A stretch of 63,603 nucleotides of DNA, counting the filler, from Reclinomonas americana ATCC 50394 (lineage: Eukaryota), in NCBI GenBank assembly GCA_048213135.1. It is 12 parts of 9 records of this genome, joined end to end, with 100 filler letters (N's around TTAATTAATTAA, not from the genome) between each part and the next. Parts side by side here need not be neighbours in the genome. Positions count along the whole stretch, not along the records: positions 1 to 24,191 come from PS016033.1; 11 more parts are not named here. The stretch is one strand, 5' to 3'. The notes beneath the pieces are model-generated. The model ran no database searches. It worked only from the letters and a program-made list of their open reading frames with translations, and had not been told where the DNA came from. Each line of letters opens with the position of its first letter. Within the stretch, counting starts at the first letter, position 1. This document shows positions 1-11,800 of the stretch, in pieces. Position numbers and translations under genes: made by a program.

Positions 1-295
1 TCATCGACTGGAGGGGAAGGAGGAGGGACCACTCTTTGCCTCTCTACTCCTCCTCTCTCTCTCCCTCCCCGTTTGTCTGCTTATCTCCAGCCCTCTCTCT
101 TCCCTCCCTCTCCTCCTTCCTTCCCTCTTGCGAGCTTGCGGCTCTCTGTGTTTTTCTCTTCTTCGCCGTCTTCCTCTCTTTGTCTCTCGCCCTCTCATTC
201 GCTGCCTTTGTCACTCTCTCCCTCCACCTATTGTCTGCTTCCCTCCCTCCCTCCCTCTGCGTTTCGCTCAAAGCTCCCTCTCCCCCCGCTCCCTC

Positions 296-540
296 CTCTC
301 TCTCTCTCTCGCCTTCCCGCTTTCGAGCCTGCGCCTCTCTCTTGCCTTTCTTCTCTCCCTGTGTCTCTCGCCCTCTCTCTCGTCTCTGAGTCACCCACTC
401 TACCTTCGCCAATTGTCTCTCTCTCTCTCTCGCCTTCCCGCTTTCGAGCCTGCGCCTCTCTCTTGCCTTTCTTCTCTCCCTGTGTCTCTCGCCCTCTCTC
501 TCGTTCTCTGAGTCACCCACTCTTCCTTCGCCGATTGTCT
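296..540. repeat. CT-rich tandem duplication, ~121-bp period, 2 near-identical copies plus degenerate flanks
   Basis: gccttcccgctttcgagcctgcgcctctctcttgcctttcttctctccctgtgtctctcgccc...gagtcacccactc starts at 311 and again at 432. Region 1-620 is almost entirely C/T. Confidence 0.9.
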
Positions 541-655
541 GCCTCCGTCCATCTCTCTCCTTTTCTCTCTTTGCTCTTCCACTCCCTCCTTCCCCCTCTC
601 CTCCCTCCCCTCCCTTGCACACCTCGCACTGTCTCCAACACACTCTCCCTCTGGC

Positions 656-1130
656 CTACCCCTCCAAAACCGCAAACAGCGGACTTTTGCGCAGCACGAC
701 CTCCGCCTCCTCCACCATAAAACACCGCAGCACCATCTCCGGCAGGCACCGCGAATCCACTCCACCCTCACCCCCCGCCACCGCCGCCTCTTGCACAGCC
801 CGCATGGCCAGGCGGGCGGCGTCGAGCTCTTGCCGCGCCAGCCCGCGCGGCGTGCACCACACCCGCACCGTCTTGTCCCCACCTCCACTCACGATGCGCT
901 CGCCGTCGGGAGTGACGGCGACAGCATACACCGACCCAGCAGCGTGCCCCTCCAGCCGTCGCACCTCCACGCCACTCACCAGCGACCACACGCGCACGGT
1001 GTTGTCGTAACTCCCACTCACTACGTGCAGACCGTCGGGGGTGAGAGCGACACACCGGATGCCGTCCGTGTGCCCATCCAACCGCCACACCTCTTCGCCA
1101 CTCGCCAGCGACCACACGCGCACTGTCTTG
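656..1130 (-). CDS. WD40-repeat cassette (copy 3; begins mid-repeat, possibly a 5'-truncated fragment) with conserved C-terminal helical module
   Basis: GHTDGIRCVALTPDGLHVVSGSYDNTVRVW and GHAAGSVYAVAVTPDGERIVSGGGDKTVRVW, then LARQELDAARLAMRAVQE...CLPEMVLRCFMVEEAEVVL. No in-frame ATG at the 5' junction. Confidence 0.8.
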
Positions 1131-1182
1131 ACCCTTGACCTTGACCATGACCTTGCCCTCTCCCTCTCTTCGACTCACCGAC

Positions 1183-1710
1183 TCAGCACCGGAAAAGGAC
1201 GACCTCGGCATCCTCCACGATGAAGCAGCGCAGAACCAGCTCGGGAAGGCATCGTGAATTTTCCTTCTCCTCCAGCATCTCCTGCACAGCCCGCATGGCC
1301 AAGCGCGCGGCGTCGAGTTCGAAGAGAGCAAGGCCACGCAGAGACGACCACACTCGCACCGTCTCGTCGTAGCCACCCGCACTCACAATGTGGAGACCAT
1401 CGGGAGAGACGGCCACAGACGATACCCATTCTGTGTGTCCCTCAAAGCGTCGCACTTCCTCACCACTCGCCAAAGACCACATCCGCACGGTGCTGTCCTC
1501 GCTCCCGCTCACGATATGTTGGCCGTCGGGAGTGACGGTGACAGACGACACCCAGTCAGTGTGTCCCTCCAGCCGTCGCACCTCCTCGCCACTCACCAGC
1601 GACCACACTCGCACTGTCTTGTCCTCGCACCCACCAACAATGTGTTTGCCATCGGGAGTGACGGTGACGGATCCCACTACTGCGGGACTCTGAATGATCT
1701 GAGCCGAACG
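1183..1710 (-). CDS. WD40-repeat cassette (copy 2; three repeats) with the same C-terminal module; preceded by a splice acceptor
   Basis: LEGHTDWVSSVTVTPDGQHIVSGSEDSTVRMW-type repeats and CLPELVLRCFIVEDAEVVL. Branch/acceptor tctcaccgccag ends at 1711; the upstream exon is uncertain. Confidence 0.85.
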   Translation of the reverse strand, partial: RSAQIIQSPAVVGSVTVTPDGKHIVGGCEDKTVRVWSLVSGEEVRRLEGHTDWVSSVTVTPDGQHIVSGSEDSTVRMWSLASGEEVRRFEGHTEWVSSVAVSPDGLHIVSAGGYDETVRVWSSLRGLALFELDAARLAMRAVQEMLEEKENSRCLPELVLRCFIVEDAEVVLFRC

Positions 1711-1866
1711 CTGGCGGTGAGACACACGCACACACACATCATCGGAAGACACTCACACACACAGCAACGCAAATAGCAACCGCACACACGCAGAAGCACA
1801 CGAATGCACGCACAGACACCAATCACGCAAAGTGCGCACAAATTCACACCTTTGTTGCCATTCTCC

Positions 1867-1902
<36 letters not shown>

Positions 1903-2235
1903 GTGCGTGTGTGTGCGTGCGTGCGTGCGTGTGTGTGTGTGTGTGTGTGTGAAGCACTCAGATTCATCTGACGGAATTTCAACATCGACTCTCTCTCTCT
2001 CGCGTGTGTGCGTGCGCCTCGTGGTGCTGTCTGTGTCTCATTACCCCCTGTCTCTCTGCGTCCACGTCGTAGAGCTCCATTCCCAACAAGCGACGTGAGC
2101 GAGATGTTGCGGCATTGAACGTGCATGCATGCATGCACGCCATGAGCATCAACTCGCTCCGAGTCACGCATGTGAGTCGGGGGTGGAGAGGCAAGAAAAC
2201 ACAATTCAGAAAGAGAGCAACGAGGCAGCGCGTGT

Positions 2236-2742
2236 CTATTCATCCATGGCCTCAACCACCCAAGCACACCACGTGCACGCACTCGGCATACTTTTGTTGC
2301 AATCCCACTGTAGTGTGCTGCATCTGCTTTCCGGTTCCCTCCACCTGGCAAGGCGGCAAGGAGGTACGTTGAGCATGCCCGTCCAGCACCATTCAGGCGC
2401 ATGGCGTTCAATCACCTCTGCATCCTCCAGCACAAAACAACGCAGCACAACGTCGACCATGGCCAGGATCCAGTCACAGCCATCTTCTTCGGCAAGCAGC
2501 TCGTTGACAGCCAACACGGCTGATTGTGCGGCCGCAAGCTCTTGCCGCGCCAGCCCACGCGGAGTGGACCACACTCGGATCGTCTTGTCTTCGCTCCCAG
2601 TGACAATGTGCTGCAGCTGACCATCAGGAGTGACCGCGACGGACCACACCCAGTCAGTGTGCCCTTCCAGTCGCCGTACGTCGCCGCTCGCCAGTGACCA
2701 CATCCGCACTGTGTTGTCCGAACTGCCACTGATCATGATCAT
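2236..2742 (-). CDS. WD40-repeat cassette (copy 1; ~1.5 repeats) with the same C-terminal module
   Basis: ISGSSDNTVRMWSLASGDVRRLEGHTDWVWSVAVTPDGQLQHIVTGSEDKTIRVWSTPRGLARQELAAA...VVLRCFVLEDAEVI. Confidence 0.75.
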   Translation of the reverse strand: MIMISGSSDNTVRMWSLASGDVRRLEGHTDWVWSVAVTPDGQLQHIVTGSEDKTIRVWSTPRGLARQELAAAQSAVLAVNELLAEEDGCDWILAMVDVVLRCFVLEDAEVIERHAPEWCWTGMLNVPPCRLARWREPESRCSTLQWDCNKSMPSACTWCAWVVEAMDE

Positions 2743-2820
2743 GTATGGTGGCCGTCGAGCGACAGTGCTCGCGCATCGAGACTCGACCCCCCCCCCAAGT
2801 GATCGGATCCTCGGCGCGCG

Positions 2821-5800
2821 ATGTACGCAGGAATAAGCCTGCTGCGTGTAGCGCTCCTGTTTGTACTGGCTGTGGCATGCTGGCAGTGTGCCCTCTGCGT
2901 TTCCACCGAGTCGCCGCCAGAGCACTTCCATGGTGAGCAAGATTTTATTGGGTTCGAGATCGAGTTTCCACCACCACGCATGCGCGCTGCGCACACACGT
3001 TTGTCATGATCACTCCTCTGTGTTCTATTCCCTCATGTTTCACTGTGTGCTGGCTATTACTTATCGACACTCTAACCGCTTGAGCATTGTGCACGTGTGT
3101 GTGTGTGTGTGAATGTGCGTGAATTAATGTGTGATCACGAGCTTAATTTTTTGTTTTCCGCGCAGCCCGTCTCGTGTTAAGTCCCACCGCACCTGTATAC
3201 ACGCCACCATCAGCACGTGGGGAAGTAATCGGCTTGCTGCAACTCGACGTCGACACGAATGCGAGTGTGGGTTCCATGGCCATTTCTCGCGCAATCAACT
3301 CTTGCGTCACGGTGAACGACGAGAGCGGCAGAGACTCGCACCTCTTTACAGTGCGCGCAAGTGTGCATGAGCATGAGCTTGTCATGTACGAGAGTGGAGT
3401 ACGTGGTTCGCCACTGACAGTCACCGTGAGCTGTATGGTCGATAACTTTAAGGCGGACAACGGTCGTCGTGGCCGCCGGCGCCAAGTTAACGTTCAGTCC
3501 ACATTCGTAATCGCCGAAGGTAAACACACACACTCTCTGTGTTGAAACGTTTCCGTTGACCTGCTCTGCTGTACGCGTGACGCAGCAAATGTCGCTCCAT
3601 CGGACATTGAGTTTCAACCGAATCTCGAACTCGCGGCCGATGTTATGACGACGTCACGCGCCGGTGCATGCGCAGTCTTTCTCGGTACCCTCCGCGCCGT
3701 CGACGCCAACCGTCACCAGCGACACTCGTTCTCCATTGTCCACGACGGCTCTGCTTCGTCTCTACATGCCCTGAGCGTCGTCAATGACGTTGAATTGTGG
3801 TGGACGCCGACAACGTCGACGACGGCAGCACAGTTGTCATGTCCTCCGCGCGTACATATTCGTGCGACGGAAGTACACGCCGCTGACCCCGTTGACATCG
3901 ACGATACTGCTGAGCGTGCATGGCTGATGGCGCCGAGTTCGCCGCTCTCCGTGGAGAGGATCATTCAACTGTCGGCGCCATGCCCCAGCACTAGTTGTCA
4001 ACAGCCGGCTGTGCACACGCAAGTCTTCAGTTTCGTTGCTAAAGTTGGCAGAGTAGCGTTCGCATATATTGCAAGAGTGGCAGAGCAAAACTCTCAAGTA
4101 GTCATCTCAAATCTTCAATTCCTCATGCTCGTGTTTTTTCGCTCTGCCGAGTTGTCTCACGGGTTCCTTCGCGCTCTCTCTGTTCCTGTCTTGCTGCAGC
4201 AACGTCGGCTGTCACCACTGAGGCGTCGTCTGTTTCCTCGACCACTGCCACTCTGAATGGGTTCGTTTCCAATTTCTCCGCCGGCACCATGCCCAGCAAC
4301 AACTACTTTGAGTTGGCTGGCAATCCCGCCGACTTCGACAGGGTATCCACGCTATCCACTTATGCTGGGAACTATCTGTCATTCGGTGCGAGCAACGGAT
4401 TTCGTTTGCAGGCGACATTTGGAAACTTTCTTGCTGTTGAGCTGTGCTGAAGAAGAAAGTTGTCATCGACGTCTCTCTCTGCGATGGACTCATTTTCTCC
4501 GTCTTCTCTTCTTCGTGTTCAGGGGTTGGCTGTGGACGTGCGGGGACACATGTTTGTCGCGGAGTTTGGTCATTCGCTTGTTCATCATGCATGATGCTCG
4601 GTTACTTCGTTGCTGACATGCATGTTGGTGGGATATGCACAGCGGCAGCAATAAGTGCATTCGACGCATCGATTCGAAGTCTGGAATGGTGTCAACGTTT
4701 ACTGGCTCCTGTGGCCAAGGGGGATACGTCAACGGCGATGCAAATTCCACTCGTTTTAATTCGTCAGTCGTATCGCTTTCTCTGTTTATGAAGCTTGTTG
4801 TTACAACGATACTGACGAGGCGTCCTTGTTCGCAGTCCTGCCGGCCTTGATGTGGACCGGCGGACGTCAGTTCTCTACGTGGCTGATGTGCGTCAGCATC
4901 TTCTTCGTCTTCTGTGTGATCTACTTCTCACGTTCCGCGTGCGTACATGCACACAGGCCGACAACAATGCCGTGCGTCGCGTGTCCACCACCGGCGACAC
5001 CACTACCGTGTTGGACAACAGCAACACGACGCCAGTTATGTCCAGTGTGTACAATCTCGTCGTAGACGATGTCGCGCAGGTTGTGTATGTTGCCGTGCGC
5101 TACACGCACACTATTCGGTATGTGAATAATTTTATCTCGTTACCTGCTCAATTCACGTGCGCATCCTCACGACATTCGCAGACGGGTGAACACGGACGGA
5201 ACTGGCAAGACAGTCCTGTGCGGCCAGCATGCGAGTTCTGGGAGCACGGACGGTGCATGCTCGCCGACAGCCACGTTTAGCCAGCCAACCAGTATTGCCA
5301 TTGATCGAGTGCGGAATGTGCTCTACGTTGGATCTGCAGCGACGGGCACAATTCGACAGATTGACTTGGCAACCAGTCTGGTGACCACGATTGCCGGAAC
5401 TGGAGTGAGTGGATCGGCAGATGGTCCGGCGTTGAGTGCGACATTTGCCGACACTTGGATGCTGTGTCTGGATGAGAATCGGCGTGCGCTGTACATTTCC
5501 GAGATCAACCGTAGCAACATCCGACAACTCGATCTGACAAGCATGCGCGTAACGACTGTCACCGCGACCGGGTCGACTTACAAAAATGGACCGCTCTCGA
5601 ATGCTCGTGTCGAAACTCCGGTGTGTTGAACTTCCTTCCGAGTCATTCTTGTGTGCTTTCGTCTCATGTTTCACTTACGCAGTTCGCCATGGCACTGAAC
5701 GGCAACCGCTTGTTTGTGGCAGGTGACAATTACCTTCGTCGTGCAGCTCTCGTGCACGTAATCGCGCCTCATATATCTATACATTGTCGTTCAGATTCGG

Positions 5801-8800
5801 CGATGGCCATCATCCGCGTCATCACGTTCCAACCATCGACCGTGCACATCTCTGCCTCTCCATCAACTACCGCGGCATCGGGAGGTAGTGCTGTGATCTC
5901 GCACACTGCCGCGCAACTCACATCGGCAACCAAGTATTACTTTCGAGCGGTAACTGTGCTTGCCGACTTATCCGCGGTTACTGGAGCGACGCTATCCTTC
6001 ACGAGTGAGTTGCTTTCGCAGCCACCACGTACCACGTGCACTCACTGTCTGATTGATGTCGTGATTTATCTGTGCACACCAGCTGCGGGTGCGGTGGTCA
6101 TCGATTTTTCTCCCGTGGCAATCGCGGAGGCGACAAGCAATGTGCAGATTGTGGTGACGGGCGTGAATCTGATGAGTGGCGATGTGGTCAAGGTGGAGGC
6201 AGGAACGGTGTGCACCACAGGCGGTGGAGTGGCAATGACACACGTGTCAGTGGCAAATGATGGAACAAGCAAAACGGTGAAAACGCCTGACACGCCACTT
6301 GCAAGTGGGTTCTACTCCGTGTGGTCTGTATGTACGTGCATGTTGTTGCACGACTGGATGCAGTTATCCTCATACTGCTTCTGTTTTTCTCTTTCTCTAT
6401 GTTGTACTGTGTTGCACATTCAGCTATCTCTTTGGCAGCACTGGTTCAGTGGTGCGTGTAGGTAGCACATCGTTGGTTGTGGGTAACGGTGAGGAATGCG
6501 GTGTGTCATAATCATGTATTGACTTGATCTCACGCGAAGCATACTCTGTGTGTGTGTGTGTGTGTGCGTGCGTGTGTGTGTATTTGTGTGCTCTTGTACG
6601 CAGCTGCACTAGTGTCGAGCTGTGCGGCCACCAGCGTGTCGTACTTCACGACGACTTTGAATGGATCGATCTCCAACAACTCGGGTGCAATTGCAACGAG
6701 CAGCAATTACTTCGAGTTGGCGCGGGCGAGCAGTGACTTCGACACCGAGTCGACTGTGACGACGTTTGCGGGAGTTGCAGGAGACTACAGTATAGTTGAC
6801 GGGCCACGCTTGGCTGCGCGGTTCGTTGAACCTCGAGTTGCGCACGCATGCGTTGTGATTCGATGTTGCCAGGTGTACTAGTACTCTTCGGCGCTCATCG
6901 CTGTTGGCTCAGGGTATTGTTGGTGACGCACTGGATAATCTGTTCATCACTGAAATGACGTTGCGTGAGGGCATCAAGTATGTGCAATACAAGCTGTTTG
7001 CTTATTCCACGTGGTGATTAGGAAGCACTGCATTCGGCGCATCGACGGTACAACAGGCGATGTGTCGACATATGTTGGCGTGTGTGGTGCCACTGCTGCG
7101 TTGGTGGACGGTGATGCTATGACGGCACGATTCAGTGGGTGAGTTGGACGGGGTGCTGGCAGCACGTGTATTGATGCAATTTTGATCTCTCTGTTGTGCT
7201 TGTTGCGCGCAGTCCTCGTGGTCTCGGCATCGATCGGTTAACATCGACGCTGTATGTTGCCGATGTGCGTATATATCTATAGATCTATATCTATCGTCTT
7301 CTCTTTTCTGCTTGCTGCGTCGCGTTGGTTGTGGTGATTAATTGTTGTTGGTGAAGGTCGACAACAACGCCGTACGTCGAGTCTCGTCAACGCGCAGAAC
7401 AACAACCGTGGTCAGCAGCAGCAGTGCGACGCCGACACCAAATTCCGTGTACGATGTATATTACGACCGCTCTGGACCTTACTTGTACTTTTCCGAGATC
7501 AACAAGCACACTGTGCGGTAAGTAGTGGTTGCTTGTATGGGCATTCGAATGAGATTGCCTGTATGTGCCTGACTCCAATCGTGGGCAGTCGTGCAAATAT
7601 TGACGGCACAGGCGTTACGCTATTGTGTGGTCAGTATGGTACTTGGGGTGGTGCCAACGGCGATTGCGCGACCGCAGGACCTTTGTTTAACGAGCCGTCT
7701 GGTTTGGCGCTGGATCGGACTCTCAACAAGCTGTACGTTGGACAATATTCGGGACGTAAAGTTCGAGCGTTGGACTTGGGAACGAACCAACTTAGCACGT
7801 TAGCGGGAACAGATGCTCTCGGGTACACTGTGGGTCAAGCAGCCAGTGCACAGTTCACAACTCCGCGCATGCTATTCCTGGACGAAGTGCGACGCATCCT
7901 CTATATTGGTGACTCCTCGGTGGGGATCAAACAACTGGATCTCAGCACAATGATGGTTACAGCGTTGACGCTGGCGGCAGTCGGTGCGCCGGCAACCGAC
8001 GGACCGTTGACGTCAGCCGTCGTAATAATGCCGGTAAGTTTGGGTTTGCATGTTGCGTCGAGTCACCCGTTCTCTAGTGCATACACGTATGTCTTGTCTT
8101 TGCAGTTCGGCATGCATATTGTGCAAGGAAATCGAATGTTTGTCACCGGTGAGAGGGTGACAAGAATTTATCACTGTTCGCAGATGCTATTTCTCTCAGT
8201 CAGTCGCTTGTGCCGCTGCAGAGTACAATTCATCTGGTAACGAAGGATCAATGATACGGCTAATCACGCTGCAACCGTCAAAGAATCGAACTCCTGCATT
8301 ATCTGCCACGACTGCATCAGGAGCGACAGTGTCTATCAGCGCTGACCTGACGCAGTTGACGTCGAGTTCGATCAACTACTTTCGTGTGGTAACGGTGATG
8401 TCAGACTCAACAACAGTTAACGGACCGACGCTCTCGTTCACCACCAGCTGCGTAGGGCGACGGATTGAGTGGGGTTGAGAAGAACTCGATCTCACGGTGC
8501 TATTTGCAGTCGCGTCACCATCGACAGCAAGTTTCCTGCCAACCACGATCAGCGCTGAGACGAGCGGAGTGCAAATTGTGGTTGTGGGCTCGGCGTTGAG
8601 TGTGCTGGATGTGGTGCGAGTACAACTCGGTGCGGACTGCACTGGCGGCGGCACCGTACTGTCAAGCGTGTCAGTGGGTAGTGGTGGAACGACCAAGACA
8701 GTGCAAACGAGCGACACATCGTTGGCAGCAGGATCGTACTGTGTGTGGTGAGCGTTTGACATATTCCCCATACTGAGAATGACTTTCTCGATGTTCCGTC

Positions 8801-11800
8801 GGTCTGATTCACTTCTATTCTCCTCTGCACAGCATCCAAGTTCGCGGTCATGGAGTGTGGGGCACCGTTCCTGGAACGCTTTCGATTGGTCAGTCAGTGC
8901 AGTCATTCCTTGGGGTCGAGTGCCACTTACTTAAGTGCGCGACTGTGCAGCACCGACTGTCGACTCGCTCACGCCGTCCAGTATCCTGACGGCGACGACC
9001 GGGGAGGCGTTAACGACGGTAGGCCGTGGATTGACCATGAGCGATGTTGTGCGACTGTACCTGGGTGCAGCTTGTACAGGATCTCTATCATACACCATGA
9101 CTTCTGGAACGCTTGGCGGTTCGGCCGGTATGCGGACTCTACAAGTCTCTACTGGAGACACCAACCTCATCATAGCTGGGTTATTTTCAGTATGGTGAGT
9201 CTACTGAAAGTTATATGTGTGTACATGTATGTGTGCGTTATAGAGTGTTTGTGAGGGTGTGTGAGTGCGTGCCTGAGTACCTTGAGTGAGTACTGTGGAT
9301 ATTTGCAGTCCCTGAGCTCGCCTAACATGTGTATATGCCTGTGTGTAAAGCCTCCTACCTGGCGGAACGGGAACACCATTCAAAGTAGGAACAGTCCATG
9401 TGCTCCCCAGTTGCGCGAGACTGCAAAGCAACTCGTCAGTGTGATGATTGCTTACTCTGTGCGGTAGCGGTGCGCATGTTCTCGCCGACGACGATCAATG
9501 CGGAGACCGGTGGCGTGCAGGTCACTGTGTCAGGCACGGCGTTGAGCAGTGGGGACGTTGTGCAAGTGCAGTCGAATGGCGGCTGCACTGGCGCTGGCAC
9601 TCTGCTGTCAGCGGTGTTGGTGGCAGCCAATGCGTCGACCGAGACCGTGCAAACGAATGACTCGTCTCTTGCAGCTGGAGCGTACTCTGTATGGTGAGTG
9701 GGAAAGGAGGAAGAGAGTGGTGGGGTGGAGCGAGGTGCGCTGCGTCGAAGTTAGAGAGAGGAGGCGACGTTCCCAGTGGGTGCTTGATTATCGTGGCTTC
9801 ATCACGCGGCTGACATGTATGTCTCTGCAGTATTCAGTTCGGGGGTTCCGGCTCGTGGTATACCGTGCCTGGCGTGTTGTCGATTGGTCTGTCTCAGACA
9901 GCGCAGTGATATTGGGTTCTTTGGTGAATGTGAGTTTCACTACGTTCCGTGACTGTACAGTGGCCACGGCGGACTCGTTCACTCCCTTCAGCATACTGGT
10001 GGCGACTGCAGGTCAGCAGGTGGCTGTGACTGGTCATGGACTGGTGGCAAGCGATGCTGTGCGACTGGTATCCGGTGGCTCTTGCACGGGTGGCGCAACG
10101 ACAACGTACAACATGAACACTAGTATGCTTGCGGGCACTGCCGGAGCGCGCTTGTTGACAGTATCGACCAGCAACACGAGCCTGACGGCTGGCATCTACC
10201 TTGTGTGGTGCGTGCGGGAAGAGTGATGCTGTTTGTTTTGCATCTGTACAGCACTCGCCATATTGATTTTCAATCCTGACTGGCACCCTCACTGCGCAGC
10301 TACATATTTGGCAACACTGGAACACCGGTGCAAGTTGGAGCCGTTTCGCTTGCGGTGGGTCGAGCTGACGATTTTTCGCCAAAGGTGCTTGCCGGCGCGT
10401 CCTTGATGCCCATCACACTGATTGGTGCGTTGCTTACCGTCGCTCTGGAGTTCGCGGTTGAGTGAGGTAGTCGGTGGTTAGAGAGTGGGGTATTGGCCAA
10501 CGTATGTGAGAGAAGGTGGGAATGGGGGAGATAGAGAGAGACAGAGAGACTGAGAGAAAGGGAGTGCACGCAAGCGACGTTGTGGAAGGAGGGAGTGCGA
10601 CAGGGCGTGAGTAGATGGATGAGTGCTTGGCAAAAACGAGTTATTCAGTGCATGTTATATATGCGAATGCGTTGGGCATCACAGTATACTCTACGCCTGT
10701 TAATTACGTGCGCATTGCTGCAGGCATGGGACTGACCAGCAGCAGCATCGACCAAGTCATATTTACCCCCACACCCTCATGTGCTGCGTTGACTCCTCTT
10801 CCTGCGGGGTCTGTGGTCGTACTTGGTGCGCGAGTGACGAATCCAGGTGGAGTGGTCGACGGCAGTGTCGCCCTGGTACCACTCAACATGGACGGTAACG
10901 ATGGAATTCCCGCCGGCGTCTTTTGCGTCTGTGTGAAATGGACAGCAGCAGCTCCAGACGGAGCGCCAACGCAAGTCTCCTCGCGCCGCCTCTTTGTCGG
11001 TTTGTGTTGCCGTCTTGTGAGTCTTCCCCGTCAAGCACTCCTTACCCACGTGCACGTTGTGACAGCCATCGCCACCCTGATGCAACCAGTGACTGTGCTG
11101 CCAAACGCAATATCCTCTGTCGTCACACTCACCGGCTTCGCCATGGATCCTGTGGGCGCCCTGCGGAGTGTGGCCCTGCAACGCGGCGCCTCGTGCACGC
11201 TTCCGTCGCCAGTCACTTCCGTCACTCCCTCTGCGCTGACTGCCAATGCGAGCTTTACCAGTCTCCAAGTTCTCTTTGCCGCCGGTGTGCCTGCTGGTCG
11301 CTGGACGGTGTGCGTTGAGCTCGTCTCCGACTCACCCACCACTGCACTGCAAAAGTGGCCGGAGCAACTGCCGACTGTGTCGCCGTTTGTGCGTGAGCTT
11401 TATGTTCCGCACATTGTCGGTGTTGCTCCGCTGCTGTTCTTCCGACGAGATGCAACCGCGCGCTTCACGATCTCGGGTGACGGATTGCGTGCGAATGTGA
11501 GTGTGCGGAGTGTGCGGTTTGAGGCGTCGACCATGTGTGCTGTGGCTGGCAACAGTCCAGCAGCGGGCACAGTGTCAATGCCGTTCCTCTTTGGCGCCGT
11601 GGCGGACGACACTGATGGCACGCAAGTTGTTATTCAAGCGGGCGCGCTGCCCCTTGAGACGTACGTCGTGTGTGTCGATCTGTCGGCGTACTCGCAGCCG
11701 CTCTTTGCGCAGTATGGCAGTGCTGCCATCGGTGAGTGGCGACAGAAAGAGGGAGGGAGGGGAGGAGAAAAGGAAGGGAGTGAGACAGTGATGCGTGAGA

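Noticed and set aside
1..650. Long overlapping S/L/P- and R/E/G-rich ORFs
   Set aside because: Artefacts of CT/GA low-complexity DNA that lacks stop codons.
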